Shown here: positions 8,975 through 19,028 of the stretch, one piece after another
Numbering within the stretch: position 1 is the first letter of the stretch
Layout of the letters: each line of letters starts with the position of its first letter
Source of the DNA: an uncultured bacterium
GTDB lineage: Bacteria > Patescibacteriota > Minisyncoccia > Moranbacterales > UBA2206
Direction: 5' to 3'
Assembly: GCA_903842445.1 (NCBI GenBank)
Contig: CAIMLT010000029.1
Coordinates: 1-46,044, forward strand
Length of the DNA: 46,044 nucleotides
Position numbers and translations under genes: made by a program
The notes under the pieces: generated by a model
The model's input: only the letters and a program-made list of their open reading frames with translations
Database searches by the model: none
What the model was told of the DNA's origin: nothing

Positions 8975-11044
8975 ATGAATCTTGAAAAACTTTTTAATCC
9001 ACAGTCGATTGCAATTTTGGGGGCTTCAGAAGAAGTTGGAAAAGTCGGCAATGTAATTTCTAAAAATATCCTAGAGTTAGGATATGCAGGAAAAGTCTAT
9101 TTGGTTAATCCGAAATATGATCAAATTTTTGGAAATAAATGTTACAAAAAACTTTTGGAAGTTGAGGGTGAAATTGATTTGGTAATTGTGGCGATTCCAG
9201 CTAAATTTGTGACCAATGAAATTCGAGAAAATATGCATAAAGTTAAAAACTTTGTGATTGTTTCTGCGGGTTTTTCGGAAACAGGGGAGGAAGGAAGGGC
9301 GCGAGAAAAAGAACTTTTACAATTAGCCGCAGAGAATAATTTGAATATTTTGGGTCCGAATTGCCTTGGGTTTATTATCCCAAAGCTAAAACTCAACGCT
9401 TCTTTTGCTGGTGGTCTTCCGGAAGAGGGCAATGTGGCTTTCGTGACGCAATCAGGCGCGCTGGCTGTTGCGCTGACTGATTTGGCTAAATCTGAAAAAA
9501 TCTATTTCTCAAAGATAGTTTCCATTGGCAATAAAATGAATATTTCCGAAACTGAGATGCTAACATATTTGGAAAAAGATGAGGATACGGCGGTAATTGG
9601 GATGTATCTGGAAGGAATTAAAAATGGAGTTGAATTTATAAAAATCGCCAGTCGGGTTTCGCAAAAAAAGCCAATCGTTATCCTGAAAGCTGGAAAAACA
9701 GAGCGCTCGCAAAAAGCAATTGCCTCACACACCGGAGCGCTGGCCGGTAGCGATGAAATTATGAATGCGGCTTTTCAAAAAGCTGGAATCCTGCGTGCCA
9801 ATGATTTGGAAGAATTTTTCAATTTGATTGGGTTTATTTCGCACAATAAAGCGATGGTGAAAAATAAAGTAGCAGTCATCACTAATGCCGGAGGATTAGG
9901 CGTTCTTGCCACTGATGCTTTTGCAAAAAAAGAGATAGTTCTCGCTGAAATTAGTGAAAAAACAAAAACAGCTCTTCGAAAAATTTTGCCGGAAGAATCT
10001 TCAGTTGAAAATCCAATTGATCTTTTGGGTGATGCCAAGGAAGATCGCTATAAAAAAGTTTTGCAAATTATTGAAAAAGATCCTGAAATTGGCGCAATCA
10101 TCTGTCTGCTTACTCCACAGGATCAAACTCCAGTGGAAAAAATTGCTCAAGCAGTGGATAAGTTTAATATTAAAAGTGGCAAAGTGATTGTGGCGTCTTT
10201 TGTCGGTGGAAAAAAAGTTGAGAAAGGAATTCGAAAATTGAGAATAAGGGATATCTTTAATTTTTCTTTTCCGGAAAGCGCAGTAGCTGTCCTAGACGCA
10301 TATTATCGTTGGAATTTTAAGGAGAAAAATTTGGAGGAGAAATTGACGTTGGATATAAATTTAAATAAAGAACGCAAAAAAAATGTGGCGGGGATTATTG
10401 CCACAGCTAAGAAAGATAATCGGCATGCACTCTATTTTTCAGAAAGCCAAAAGATTATGCAATTATATGGCATCAAGACGATTCCTACTTGTGAAATAAA
10501 TTCCAAAGAAAATTTGCCAGTGAGGAGTGATTTTCCGTTAGTTCTTAAGGTTGATAGTGATGAAGTTTTGCATAAAACAGACAAACAAGGGTTAATTTTA
10601 AACTTAAAAAATCAAACTGAATTGGAAAGTGCGTTTCAAAAAATGCGTAATAATTTTCCTGGTGCAAAATTAATTATCCAGCCAATGCTTGCGCGTGATA
10701 TGGAAATAATTTTGGGGATAAAAAAAGACGTCAACTTCGGGCCGGTGATTGTTTATGGCTTAGGTGGAATTTATACTGAAGTTTTTAAATTAGTCGAAAT
10801 GATTCTGCCACCATTTTCGAAAGAGTTCGTGGAAAAATCTTTGCGAGAAGGAAAGTTGGGATTTCTTTTTGTGCAAACTCGCGGACAAAAGATATATAAC
10901 ATCTCAGAACTCGCACAAATTATTTGTGCCTTAGGTGAGTTTTCGGAAGATCTGGGCGATATCTCCGAATTTGATATTAATCCACTTTTAATTTATAATA
11001 ATGGAAATGAAGCGACTGCTGTGGATGTTAAGGTAATTATTTAA
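8975..11044 (+). CDS. ADP-forming acetate-CoA ligase, fused alpha/beta (AcdAB type)
   Basis: LFNPQSIAILGAS, GPNCLG, QSGA, SHTG (alpha phospho-His), NPIDL, LHKTD (beta His), DINPL; no GNAT tail; ATG at 8975 preferred over TTG at 8924. Confidence 0.88.
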   Translation: MNLEKLFNPQSIAILGASEEVGKVGNVISKNILELGYAGKVYLVNPKYDQIFGNKCYKKLLEVEGEIDLVIVAIPAKFVTNEIRENMHKVKNFVIVSAGFSETGEEGRAREKELLQLAAENNLNILGPNCLGFIIPKLKLNASFAGGLPEEGNVAFVTQSGALAVALTDLAKSEKIYFSKIVSIGNKMNISETEMLTYLEKDEDTAVIGMYLEGIKNGVEFIKIASRVSQKKPIVILKAGKTERSQKAIASHTGALAGSDEIMNAAFQKAGILRANDLEEFFNLIGFISHNKAMVKNKVAVITNAGGLGVLATDAFAKKEIVLAEISEKTKTALRKILPEESSVENPIDLLGDAKEDRYKKVLQIIEKDPEIGAIICLLTPQDQTPVEKIAQAVDKFNIKSGKVIVASFVGGKKVEKGIRKLRIRDIFNFSFPESAVAVLDAYYRWNFKEKNLEEKLTLDINLNKERKKNVAGIIATAKKDNRHALYFSESQKIMQLYGIKTIPTCEINSKENLPVRSDFPLVLKVDSDEVLHKTDKQGLILNLKNQTELESAFQKMRNNFPGAKLIIQPMLARDMEIILGIKKDVNFGPVIVYGLGGIYTEVFKLVEMILPPFSKEFVEKSLREGKLGFLFVQTRGQKIYNISELAQIICALGEFSEDLGDISEFDINPLLIYNNGNEATAVDVKVII

Positions 11045-11053
11045 ATTTAATAT

Positions 11054-11614
11054 ATGAAAAAAGATTATAAAATTTTAATTGTTGATGATGACGCTGAAGC
11101 GCGAAGCCTTTATGTGGAGATTTTTAAATCTGAGGGTTTTGAGGTGACTGAGGCGGTGGATGGAATTGATGGCATGGATAAGGCAACTGCAAGTATTCCC
11201 GATGTTATTTTTACGGGAATTATTATGCCTCGAATGGATGGATTTGGTCTTAAAGAAGCTTTAGCAAAAAATGTGGCTACAAGTAATATTCCAGTGGTGA
11301 TGTCATCACATATGGGGCGGGAAGAAGATCGAAAAAAGGCGATGGAAGTCGGAGTAAGGGATTTTTTTGTAGTCGGCATGATTACGCCGAGAGAAGTTGT
11401 ATCGAGAATTTTGGATTTATTTAGTGCAGAAAAATATAGACTTTATATATCCACCAAGGGAGACGTTTCTCGCTTAGTGAGAGATTTACGCTTGAAGGGT
11501 GATTTCTCTTGCGTGGTTTGCGGAGATGAGCTGGCGCTGGATTTGAAAATAACCAACATCGAGAAGTGGGAATTTACAGGAAAAATAATTTGCCCAAGAT
11601 GCGAGGCTAAATAG
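11054..11614 (+). CDS. Atypical response-regulator receiver domain with C-terminal CxxC...CxxC
   Basis: KILIVDDD, PDVIFTGIIMPRMDG, IPVVMSS; CVVC...CPRC. Confidence 0.8.
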   Translation: MKKDYKILIVDDDAEARSLYVEIFKSEGFEVTEAVDGIDGMDKATASIPDVIFTGIIMPRMDGFGLKEALAKNVATSNIPVVMSSHMGREEDRKKAMEVGVRDFFVVGMITPREVVSRILDLFSAEKYRLYISTKGDVSRLVRDLRLKGDFSCVVCGDELALDLKITNIEKWEFTGKIICPRCEAK

Positions 11615-11618
11615 AACA

Positions 11619-13331
11619 ATGCAAAAAAAATGGGAGTTGAGAGATAAAAGCATTTCCGCTTTCGCCATGTCGGAAAAATATAGTCCCCAATTTTTGGAAT
11701 TATTAGCCAGTCGAGGTGTCTCGTCTCAAAAAGAAATTGAGGATTTTTTTTGTTCTAGTTATTCTGTTTCTAATGATCTTTTAAAAATATCCGGAATGAT
11801 CGAAGCGATTGAAAGAATTGTCAAAGCTTTTGAAAGAAAAGAAAGGATTGCAATTTTTGGAGATTATGATGCTGATGGTGTTACGGCGACAGCACTTCTT
11901 CTTGAAGTCTTGGAAAGCCTGGGAGGTTCAAGTTTAACTTATTATATTCCAGATCGACAATTGGAAGGTTATGGGATGAATGATTTGGCGATTGAATTTT
12001 TGGCGCGTGATGGTGTAAAGCTGATTGTTACTGTTGATTCGGGAATTACTAACGTCGATGAAGTGGAAAAAGCTAGAGCCCTTGGAATAGATGTGATTAT
12101 TACCGATCATCACCATCCCTTAGAAGTTTTGCCAGCTGCAATGGCTATTATTAATCCACATTTAGAAAATTCCGGATTTGAATTCTCTGATCTTGCCGGT
12201 GTGGGGGTGGCGTTTAAGTTAGCCCAAGCGCTGTATCAAAAAATTGCTCCGAAAGAGATTGATAAGCTGAAATGGATGCTTGATCTTGTGGCGATTGGAA
12301 CGGTTGCGGATTGCGTAACACTTCTTGGAGAAAATAGAACGCTTACGAAATACGGACTCGTGGTGCTTTCTAAGACACGTCGTGTTGGATTGACAGAAAT
12401 GTTTAAAGTTGGAAGAATTGAGATTTCAGAAAATAATATTCCGGATACTCAGAAAGTTGCCTATCAGATTGCGCCACGAATCAATGCCGCCGGTCGGATG
12501 GATCATGCTAGTGTGGCTTATAAACTAATTATGGAAAAAGATCAAATACAAGCGCGGATATTAGCACTTGAGGTAGAGGAAAAAAATCAAGAAAGACAAA
12601 AGATAACCGCAGAAATTGTTAAAGAAATCGAAGAAATTGCCATGCGTGATTTTTCCGAAAAAAAATTTATTTTTGCTAAGAATGAGCATTGGCCGGTTGG
12701 AATTTTGGGACTTGTGGCTGGCAAGGTGGCGGAAAAATTTCAAAAACCCGTGGTTGTTTTTCAAATTCAACAAAAGGAATATGTTGGGTCGCTTCGTAGC
12801 ATCCCAGAAATAAATATTGTAAAATGTTTGGAAAAATGTGCCGACTTACTTACTAAATTTGGCGGACATTCGCAAGCAGCTGGTGTGCGTATTCTGCCGG
12901 AAAATGTTGATAAATTTTGTCAGAAAATGACAGAATTGATCGAGACGGAGCTTTTTGGAAAAGAAATAATTTCAACATTAACAGTTGATTTGGAATTAAA
13001 AGCTGAAAATATAGATTGGCAATTTATGCAGAACTTAAAGAAAATGGAGCCTTTCGGGATGGGGAATAAAGAGCCGATTTTTTTGCTTAGAGATATGCAA
13101 ATTAGTGATGTGCGAATGGTTGGTAATGGCAGCAAGCATCTCAAGCTGGCGATTAAGGCGGCAAACAGCAATCCAAAAATATTTGATGCAATCGGATTTA
13201 AATTAGGCTCGGAATTTCCTAATCTGGAAAAAGACAACTTGATTGACGTAGTTTTTAATCTGGAAGAAGACTCTTGGAATGGGAATAAGAAAATTCAATT
13301 AAAATTAATTGATTTGAAATTGGTTAGCTAA
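11619..13331 (+). CDS. recJ: Single-stranded DNA exonuclease RecJ
   Basis: GDYDADG, TDHH, GTVAD, PRINAAGR, GGHSQAAG, PFGMGN. Confidence 0.95.
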   Translation: MQKKWELRDKSISAFAMSEKYSPQFLELLASRGVSSQKEIEDFFCSSYSVSNDLLKISGMIEAIERIVKAFERKERIAIFGDYDADGVTATALLLEVLESLGGSSLTYYIPDRQLEGYGMNDLAIEFLARDGVKLIVTVDSGITNVDEVEKARALGIDVIITDHHHPLEVLPAAMAIINPHLENSGFEFSDLAGVGVAFKLAQALYQKIAPKEIDKLKWMLDLVAIGTVADCVTLLGENRTLTKYGLVVLSKTRRVGLTEMFKVGRIEISENNIPDTQKVAYQIAPRINAAGRMDHASVAYKLIMEKDQIQARILALEVEEKNQERQKITAEIVKEIEEIAMRDFSEKKFIFAKNEHWPVGILGLVAGKVAEKFQKPVVVFQIQQKEYVGSLRSIPEINIVKCLEKCADLLTKFGGHSQAAGVRILPENVDKFCQKMTELIETELFGKEIISTLTVDLELKAENIDWQFMQNLKKMEPFGMGNKEPIFLLRDMQISDVRMVGNGSKHLKLAIKAANSNPKIFDAIGFKLGSEFPNLEKDNLIDVVFNLEEDSWNGNKKIQLKLIDLKLVS

Positions 13332-13352
13332 ATCTTAACTTTATAAAAATTT

Positions 13353-13784
13353 ATGTCCAATAAAGTCGTAATGTTTACCGATGGTGGATCGCGAGGAAAC
13401 CCGGGACCAGCAGGCATTGGAGTCTGGATAGAGACATTGGGAAAAAAATATGGCGAATGCATTGGAATTGCTACGAATAATGTGGCCGAGTATGCTGCGC
13501 TAATTTTCGGTCTTAAGAAATTGAAACAGCTCTTGGGAAAAGATAAGATACGACAACATGAAATTGAGTGCTATCTGGATTCAGAGTTAGTTGTGAAACA
13601 GCTCAATCACGAGTATAAATTAAAAGAAGAATATATCCAAAAAAATTTTATTGAAATTTGGAATTTGATGCTTGATTTTAAGTCAGTTAAGTTTTATCAT
13701 ATACCTAGAGAAAAGAATGTCATCGCAGATGCCTTGGTTAATGAGGCATTGGATGGAGAAAAATGTCAAAAGGCATTAATATAA
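13353..13784 (+). CDS. rnhA: Ribonuclease HI (short type without basic protrusion)
   Basis: TDGGSRGNPG, TNNVAEY, DSELVVKQ, IPREKN, ADALVN. Confidence 0.9.
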   Translation: MSNKVVMFTDGGSRGNPGPAGIGVWIETLGKKYGECIGIATNNVAEYAALIFGLKKLKQLLGKDKIRQHEIECYLDSELVVKQLNHEYKLKEEYIQKNFIEIWNLMLDFKSVKFYHIPREKNVIADALVNEALDGEKCQKALI

Positions 13785-13789
13785 ATTCT

Positions 13790-15088
13790 ATGTTTAAATA
13801 TAAGAAAACTATTTTTTTCATCTTGATCTTGATTATTGCAGGTGGGTATTTTTTCTATATAAAATCCAAAAAAGCTACAGTTGAATATACGACAGCGACA
13901 GTGCTGAGGGGTAATCTTTCGCAAACGGTTTCTGCAACGGGTGATCTCAAAGATGACTCTGAAATCGTTTTGAATTTTGAATTAGGTGGAAGGATTAGTA
14001 GGGTTTTCATCAAAAAAGGCAATAAGGTGGCTGCTGGTGATTCAATCGCGATGCTGGATAATGAGAATTTATCCGGGCAAGCTGAACAGGCAAAAGCAAC
14101 TCTTGAAAAAGCAATAGCAGATGCCGGATCGAATGAAGATACGATTCGCGAATCAGAAGTTTTAGTCAAAAATGCGGAAAATTATCTCGAAGAAACTAAA
14201 GACCTGGAAGATCAGAAAGTTGAGGCAGCCAAAACAGCTCTTGATAATGCCAAGGATTATTATGATGACGCATTGGATTTCTATAATAGTGATGTGTCGA
14301 AAGCAAATAAATTGACCATAACAACAGCGCTAAATAGCAAAAAAGCGGCTGAGGAATCGTTGGATACGACAAAAAAGTCGAGAGATTTAGCCATAACTTC
14401 AGCTGAAAATTCTCTCGATTCAGCCAGCGCCAGACTGAAAACTACAAAATCTGATTTCACGATTAACTCAAGAAATGCGTTGGTGGATAATGCCAAGGCC
14501 GGATATGAAATCGCGCTTAACAATCTTTCAAAAGCTGTACTCAAAGCGCCGGTTTCTGGCACGATTGTTGAAGTTAATAACAAAGTTGGAGAAATCTTGG
14601 GCACGGGTGTGATTAAGGAATCTTTTGCCAGAATCATTGCAGATGATTTTATTGTAGAATCCAATATTCCAGAATCGGATATTGTGAAGTTGAAACTTGG
14701 ACAACTTGCCAAGATTACCTTTGATGCACTTCCAAGTGGTGAGGAATATGTTGCAGAACTAATTGAAATTAACCCGGCAGAAACTATTATTCAAGATGTT
14801 GTTTATTACGGAATAAAATTGAAACTTTCCGCTATTGATCAAAGACTGAAGCCCGGAATGAGTGTTACTATCGATGTGCGGACAAATGAAAAAACGGATG
14901 TGCTTATGATTCCGCTTCGGGCAATTAAAACAAGAAGCGGAGAAAAGTTTGTAGATATCTTGAAGGCGGATAATATAACACAAGAAGTGAAAATCACAAC
15001 TGGCCTTGAAGGTGATGGTGGAATGATTGAGGTGAAATCAGCTCTGAAAGAAGGTGATAATGTCGTAACTTTCACGAAAGATATTTAG
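13790..15088 (+). CDS. Periplasmic adaptor subunit (HlyD/MacA family)
   Basis: N-terminal anchor, lipoyl halves (GNKVAAGD, LKAPVSGTI), long helical hairpin, LKPGMS; alternative start 13763. Confidence 0.85.
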   Translation: MFKYKKTIFFILILIIAGGYFFYIKSKKATVEYTTATVLRGNLSQTVSATGDLKDDSEIVLNFELGGRISRVFIKKGNKVAAGDSIAMLDNENLSGQAEQAKATLEKAIADAGSNEDTIRESEVLVKNAENYLEETKDLEDQKVEAAKTALDNAKDYYDDALDFYNSDVSKANKLTITTALNSKKAAEESLDTTKKSRDLAITSAENSLDSASARLKTTKSDFTINSRNALVDNAKAGYEIALNNLSKAVLKAPVSGTIVEVNNKVGEILGTGVIKESFARIIADDFIVESNIPESDIVKLKLGQLAKITFDALPSGEEYVAELIEINPAETIIQDVVYYGIKLKLSAIDQRLKPGMSVTIDVRTNEKTDVLMIPLRAIKTRSGEKFVDILKADNITQEVKITTGLEGDGGMIEVKSALKEGDNVVTFTKDI

Positions 15089-15095
15089 ATTTTTT

Positions 15096-15824
15096 ATGCC
15101 AAATCAGCTTATTCAAGTTCAAAATCTTTGCAAGACTTATTTTAGTGAGGGCGTGGAGACACGAGCTCTTTGTGGGGCTACTTTTGAAATCGAGAAGGGC
15201 GAATTCATCTCTATTATGGGGCCATCTGGTTCAGGCAAGTCAACATTAATGCAAATCTTGGGCTTTCTTGATCGTCCAACAGAAGGAAAATACTTTTTTG
15301 AAGGCTCGGATACTTTTTCTTTTGATGATGATGCTTTGGCGAAAGTTAGAAATAAGAAAATCGGTTTTGTTTTTCAATCTTTTAATTTACTTTCTCGGAC
15401 ATCGGTTTTCGAAAATGTCGAGTTGCCTTTGCTTTATGATGAAAAAATAGGTAAGAATAATAAAAAAAAAGTAATGGATGCACTTATTTCAGTTGGGATG
15501 GAACATCGAGCCAATTATTTTTCCAACCAACTCTCTGGTGGAGAAAAACAACGGGTGGCGATTGCGAGGGCGCTGGTTAATGATCCGGAAATAATTTTTG
15601 CTGATGAGCCAACTGGAAATTTGGATTCTAAATCAGGGCTTCAAGTCATGAAGATCTTGCAAAAGCTCAACGATTCCGGGCGCACTGTGATTTTGGTAAC
15701 TCACGAGACTTATACGGCAGAACATGCTAAAAGAATAATCTATGTTAAAGATGGAAGTATCGTTGCTGATGATCCAGTCAGGCGCCGAAGAATCGCCGAT
15801 AGCGAAAGCGAGTTATTGAAATAA
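15096..15824 (+). CDS. ABC transporter ATP-binding protein (MacB/LolD family)
   Basis: [40 protein letters not shown]. Confidence 0.93.
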   Translation: MPNQLIQVQNLCKTYFSEGVETRALCGATFEIEKGEFISIMGPSGSGKSTLMQILGFLDRPTEGKYFFEGSDTFSFDDDALAKVRNKKIGFVFQSFNLLSRTSVFENVELPLLYDEKIGKNNKKKVMDALISVGMEHRANYFSNQLSGGEKQRVAIARALVNDPEIIFADEPTGNLDSKSGLQVMKILQKLNDSGRTVILVTHETYTAEHAKRIIYVKDGSIVADDPVRRRRIADSESELLK

Positions 15825-16004
15825 ATTTATAATTATATGAAAAAAAAATAAAATCAGGGATATTGATCAGAAGGAATATGCCAAGGCATTATTAGTATTG
15901 AGCAAGAATTCTTTATTAATAAGGGTAGTTGGTGGAAATTTTTGGTAATTATTGGTAATTATTGTTGCAGAGGCTATATTGCTTGGCGTGTTTAGACTTT
16001 AATT

Positions 16005-17246
16005 ATGCGTATCATCGATCCTATAAAAATTTCGTATAAGAATTTGATGGCGGCGAAGCTCCGCTCTTTTTTGACAATTTTGGGGATTATTATTGGCATC
16101 GCCTCTGTAATCGTAGTGATGGCAATTGGGGGGAGCGCGCAAAAGTTAATCTTGAATCAAGTTTCTGGTGTTGGTTCAAATCTAGTGGGCGTTTTGCCCG
16201 GGGCATCAGATGAAAAAGGTCCGCCAGCATCTGCCATGGGAATTATAGTAACGACTTTAAAATTCACTGATTTGAAAGCTTTGACGGAAAAAAGAAATGT
16301 GCCAAATTTGGTTGATATCGTTGCGTATGTTACTGGTTCTGCGACAGTGAAAAGTAAAAATGGATCATATCAAACCAGTTATCAAGGTGTTACAGCCAGT
16401 CTTTTAAACGTTGAAGATATCAAGTTGAAATCTGGCCGGTTTTTCATAAAAGAAGAAGATACAAATATGGCGCGTGTGGCTGTTTTAGGATCAAATCGAG
16501 CAAAGGATCTTTTTCCGAATGAAGATCCAGTTGGCAAAACAATCAATCTTAAAGATCTAAGCTTTACTATTATCGGTGTTCTTTCTGAGCGCGGATCGGT
16601 TGGATTTTCAAATACTGATGACATGATCTATGTTCCTCTTTTTAGTGGGCAAAAGTTGTTGCTAGGTATCGATTATGTCAACTTTATGCGGATAAAAATT
16701 GATTTTAAGGATAATATCGATCGGGCAGTCATTGATGTTAAAAAAACTTTACGCGAAAAACATCGAATAAAAAATGACGCAAGTGATGATTTTTCGGTGC
16801 GGAGCAGTGCTCAGGCAATCGAAACATTAACAACCGTTACTAATGTCTTAAAATATTTTCTGGTAGCAGTAGCGGCTATTTCTCTCGTTGTCGGCGGAGT
16901 TGGCATTATGAATATCATGCTTATTTCCGTGCATCAAAGAGTGAGAGAAGTTGGTCTTAGAAAAGCCGTTGGTGCAAAAAACGGACATATTATTTCACAA
17001 TTTTTGATTGAATCAGTTTTTGTTACAGTAATTGGTGGAATTTTTGGAATAATTTTTGGTACGCTGGTTGCTTTTTTGGTGGCTGTTATTATCAAAAACC
17101 TCGGTTATGATTGGGAGTTTATTATTACGCTAAGTGCCATAGTTTTGGCAACGTCAGTTTCAGTATTTATCGGGCTTGTCTTTGGAATCTACCCAGCTAT
17201 TAAAGCTTCGCGCATTTCACCAATGGAAGCCCTGAGATATGAATAA
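16005..17246 (+). CDS. ABC transporter permease (MacB/FtsX family)
   Basis: RSFLTILGIIIG, GGVGIMNIM, REVGLRKAVGA, PMEALRYE. Confidence 0.92.
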   Translation: MRIIDPIKISYKNLMAAKLRSFLTILGIIIGIASVIVVMAIGGSAQKLILNQVSGVGSNLVGVLPGASDEKGPPASAMGIIVTTLKFTDLKALTEKRNVPNLVDIVAYVTGSATVKSKNGSYQTSYQGVTASLLNVEDIKLKSGRFFIKEEDTNMARVAVLGSNRAKDLFPNEDPVGKTINLKDLSFTIIGVLSERGSVGFSNTDDMIYVPLFSGQKLLLGIDYVNFMRIKIDFKDNIDRAVIDVKKTLREKHRIKNDASDDFSVRSSAQAIETLTTVTNVLKYFLVAVAAISLVVGGVGIMNIMLISVHQRVREVGLRKAVGAKNGHIISQFLIESVFVTVIGGIFGIIFGTLVAFLVAVIIKNLGYDWEFIITLSAIVLATSVSVFIGLVFGIYPAIKASRISPMEALRYE

Positions 17247-17256
17247 TTTTTTTTGT

Positions 17257-18510
17257 ATGCAAGAAGTAATCGTTTCAGTTAAATTAGCTTTTAAAAATCT
17301 TCGTTCAAATGTAGGTCGGACAATTTTAACTTTGACCGGAGTTGTTATCGGCGTGGTAGCTGTTATTTTGGTGAGCTCTCTTGGCCAGGGAGTCAAAGGA
17401 TTTATTCTTGGGCAAGTCGGTGCTTTTGGTACGGATTTAATTCAAATTGAAGTCAAGGTTCCGGCAACTGGTAAGGCGTCAACTCAAAACGCGATTGGTC
17501 AAGCAACAGGAATTCAAATTACAACCATGACAATTTCTGATGCTAAGGAAATTGGCAAACTTCCAAATGTTTCTGCTTATGCTCCTGGAACAATGACGCA
17601 GGAACTGGCGAGCTATCAAGAAACAAATAAACGAGTTTTTCTTTTTGGTGTTGGGGCGCAGTATAATCAAATTGACCAAAATACTAAACTTTCAGAAGGA
17701 GCATTTTTTTCGCAGAGTGATGATGAAAGCTTAGCCCAAGTGGCAATAATTGGAAGCAATATCAAAGAAGCTTTTTTTGGCGAAGATAATCCATTGGGAA
17801 AAAATATCAAGATTAAAAATCAAAATTACAAAGTGGTTGGGCTGGCGGCGGAGCGTGGAGCAGTTGCTGGGTTTAATTATGATGATCTTATCTACGTTCC
17901 TGTTCAAACAATGCAAAAAAAGATTATCGGAATTGATTATATCCGTTTTATTATGGTTAAGGTGAAAAATGAAAAGTTGATTGATGTAACGGTGGCCGAG
18001 TTAACAAGTGAAATGCGGAGATTGCATAGAATAAATGATTCAAATAGGGATGATTTTGGAATAACTTCGATTAAAGAAGCGCAAGTGACAATTGAAAATG
18101 TTTTCAAAACAATTAATATCTTACTTTTAGCTTTGACTTCAATTTCTTTGGTTGTCGGTGGGGTCGGAATTATGAACGTGATGTATGTGGCGGTGGCTGA
18201 GCGGACATTTGAAATTGGTCTTCGGAAAGCAGTTGGTGCCAAGGCGAAAAATATTTTACGTCAATTTCTTTGGGAAGCAATTTTTATCACTTTTTTTGGT
18301 GGGTTAGTGGGAATTATCTTGGGCTATCTTTTACTTCTGGTGCTTTCTTATGTGGCTATTTATTTTGGTTTTCCAATCAAGTTTGGTCTTAGCATTAATG
18401 CTATCAGTTTGGCTGTGGGGTTTTCTGTGGCAACGGGTGTTATTTTCGGCTATTATCCGGCTCGCGCAGCTTCACGACTTAGTCCGATAGAGGCGCTCAG
18501 GAAAGATTAG
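17257..18510 (+). CDS. ABC transporter permease (MacB/FtsX family), second paralog
   Basis: GGVGIMNVM, ERTFEIGLRKAVGA, PIEALR; alternative start 17239. Confidence 0.92.
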   Translation: MQEVIVSVKLAFKNLRSNVGRTILTLTGVVIGVVAVILVSSLGQGVKGFILGQVGAFGTDLIQIEVKVPATGKASTQNAIGQATGIQITTMTISDAKEIGKLPNVSAYAPGTMTQELASYQETNKRVFLFGVGAQYNQIDQNTKLSEGAFFSQSDDESLAQVAIIGSNIKEAFFGEDNPLGKNIKIKNQNYKVVGLAAERGAVAGFNYDDLIYVPVQTMQKKIIGIDYIRFIMVKVKNEKLIDVTVAELTSEMRRLHRINDSNRDDFGITSIKEAQVTIENVFKTINILLLALTSISLVVGGVGIMNVMYVAVAERTFEIGLRKAVGAKAKNILRQFLWEAIFITFFGGLVGIILGYLLLLVLSYVAIYFGFPIKFGLSINAISLAVGFSVATGVIFGYYPARAASRLSPIEALRKD

Positions 18511-18537
18511 CATTAAAATATTAGACAATAAATCATT

Positions 18538-18563
18538 AAAAGCGCAAGTTGTAGCGCTTTTTT
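18538..18563 (+). terminator. Intrinsic terminator
   Basis: AAAAGCGC-8 nt loop-GCGCTTTTTT. Confidence 0.6.
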
Positions 18564-18617
18564 GTTTGTGGTAGACTTTTTTACAGAGGTAGGCAATAAG
18601 TAATAGATTTAAACTTT

Positions 18618-18992
18618 ATGGAAAATAATGAGGAAAATAAGATTCAGGATGGTGAAACTTTTGAAGAGATTGAATCGGAAAAACTGCAAGAAGAAGATAT
18701 AGCTAAAAAATCCAAGCCTGGATTTCGTTCGCGACTCGTTTTGATTTTCATTCTGGGGCTGCTGATTGGCATAGCCGTTAAAACTGAAGCACTCAAAAAG
18801 ATAACCATTGGTTATGACGATTATTTAATGAAAATAAGAATGCAAAGTTATAATATCAATGGAATTCAAGCAGAATTGCAAAAAGCAAGAGAAAAATCGG
18901 AAAAGACACAAGAGCAACAGGGCAATGCCGTTAGTAATTTGGAAAACAAACAAAATAATCAGGGAGAAATAAGTGATCAAATTGAAAATTGA
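18618..18992 (+). CDS. Hypothetical single-TM protein
   Basis: Acidic N-terminus, one hydrophobic helix (LVLIFILGLLIGIAV), Q/E/N-rich tail. Confidence 0.7.
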   Translation: MENNEENKIQDGETFEEIESEKLQEEDIAKKSKPGFRSRLVLIFILGLLIGIAVKTEALKKITIGYDDYLMKIRMQSYNINGIQAELQKAREKSEKTQEQQGNAVSNLENKQNNQGEISDQIEN

Positions 18993-19028
18993 GATTTTTT
19001 AAATAATAAGTTAAGTTAATTTAATTTT

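Noticed and set aside
8975..11044. PatZ/Pka protein acetyltransferase call
   Set aside because: No GNAT domain, and both catalytic His motifs (SHTG, LHKTD) are present, favouring an active ligase
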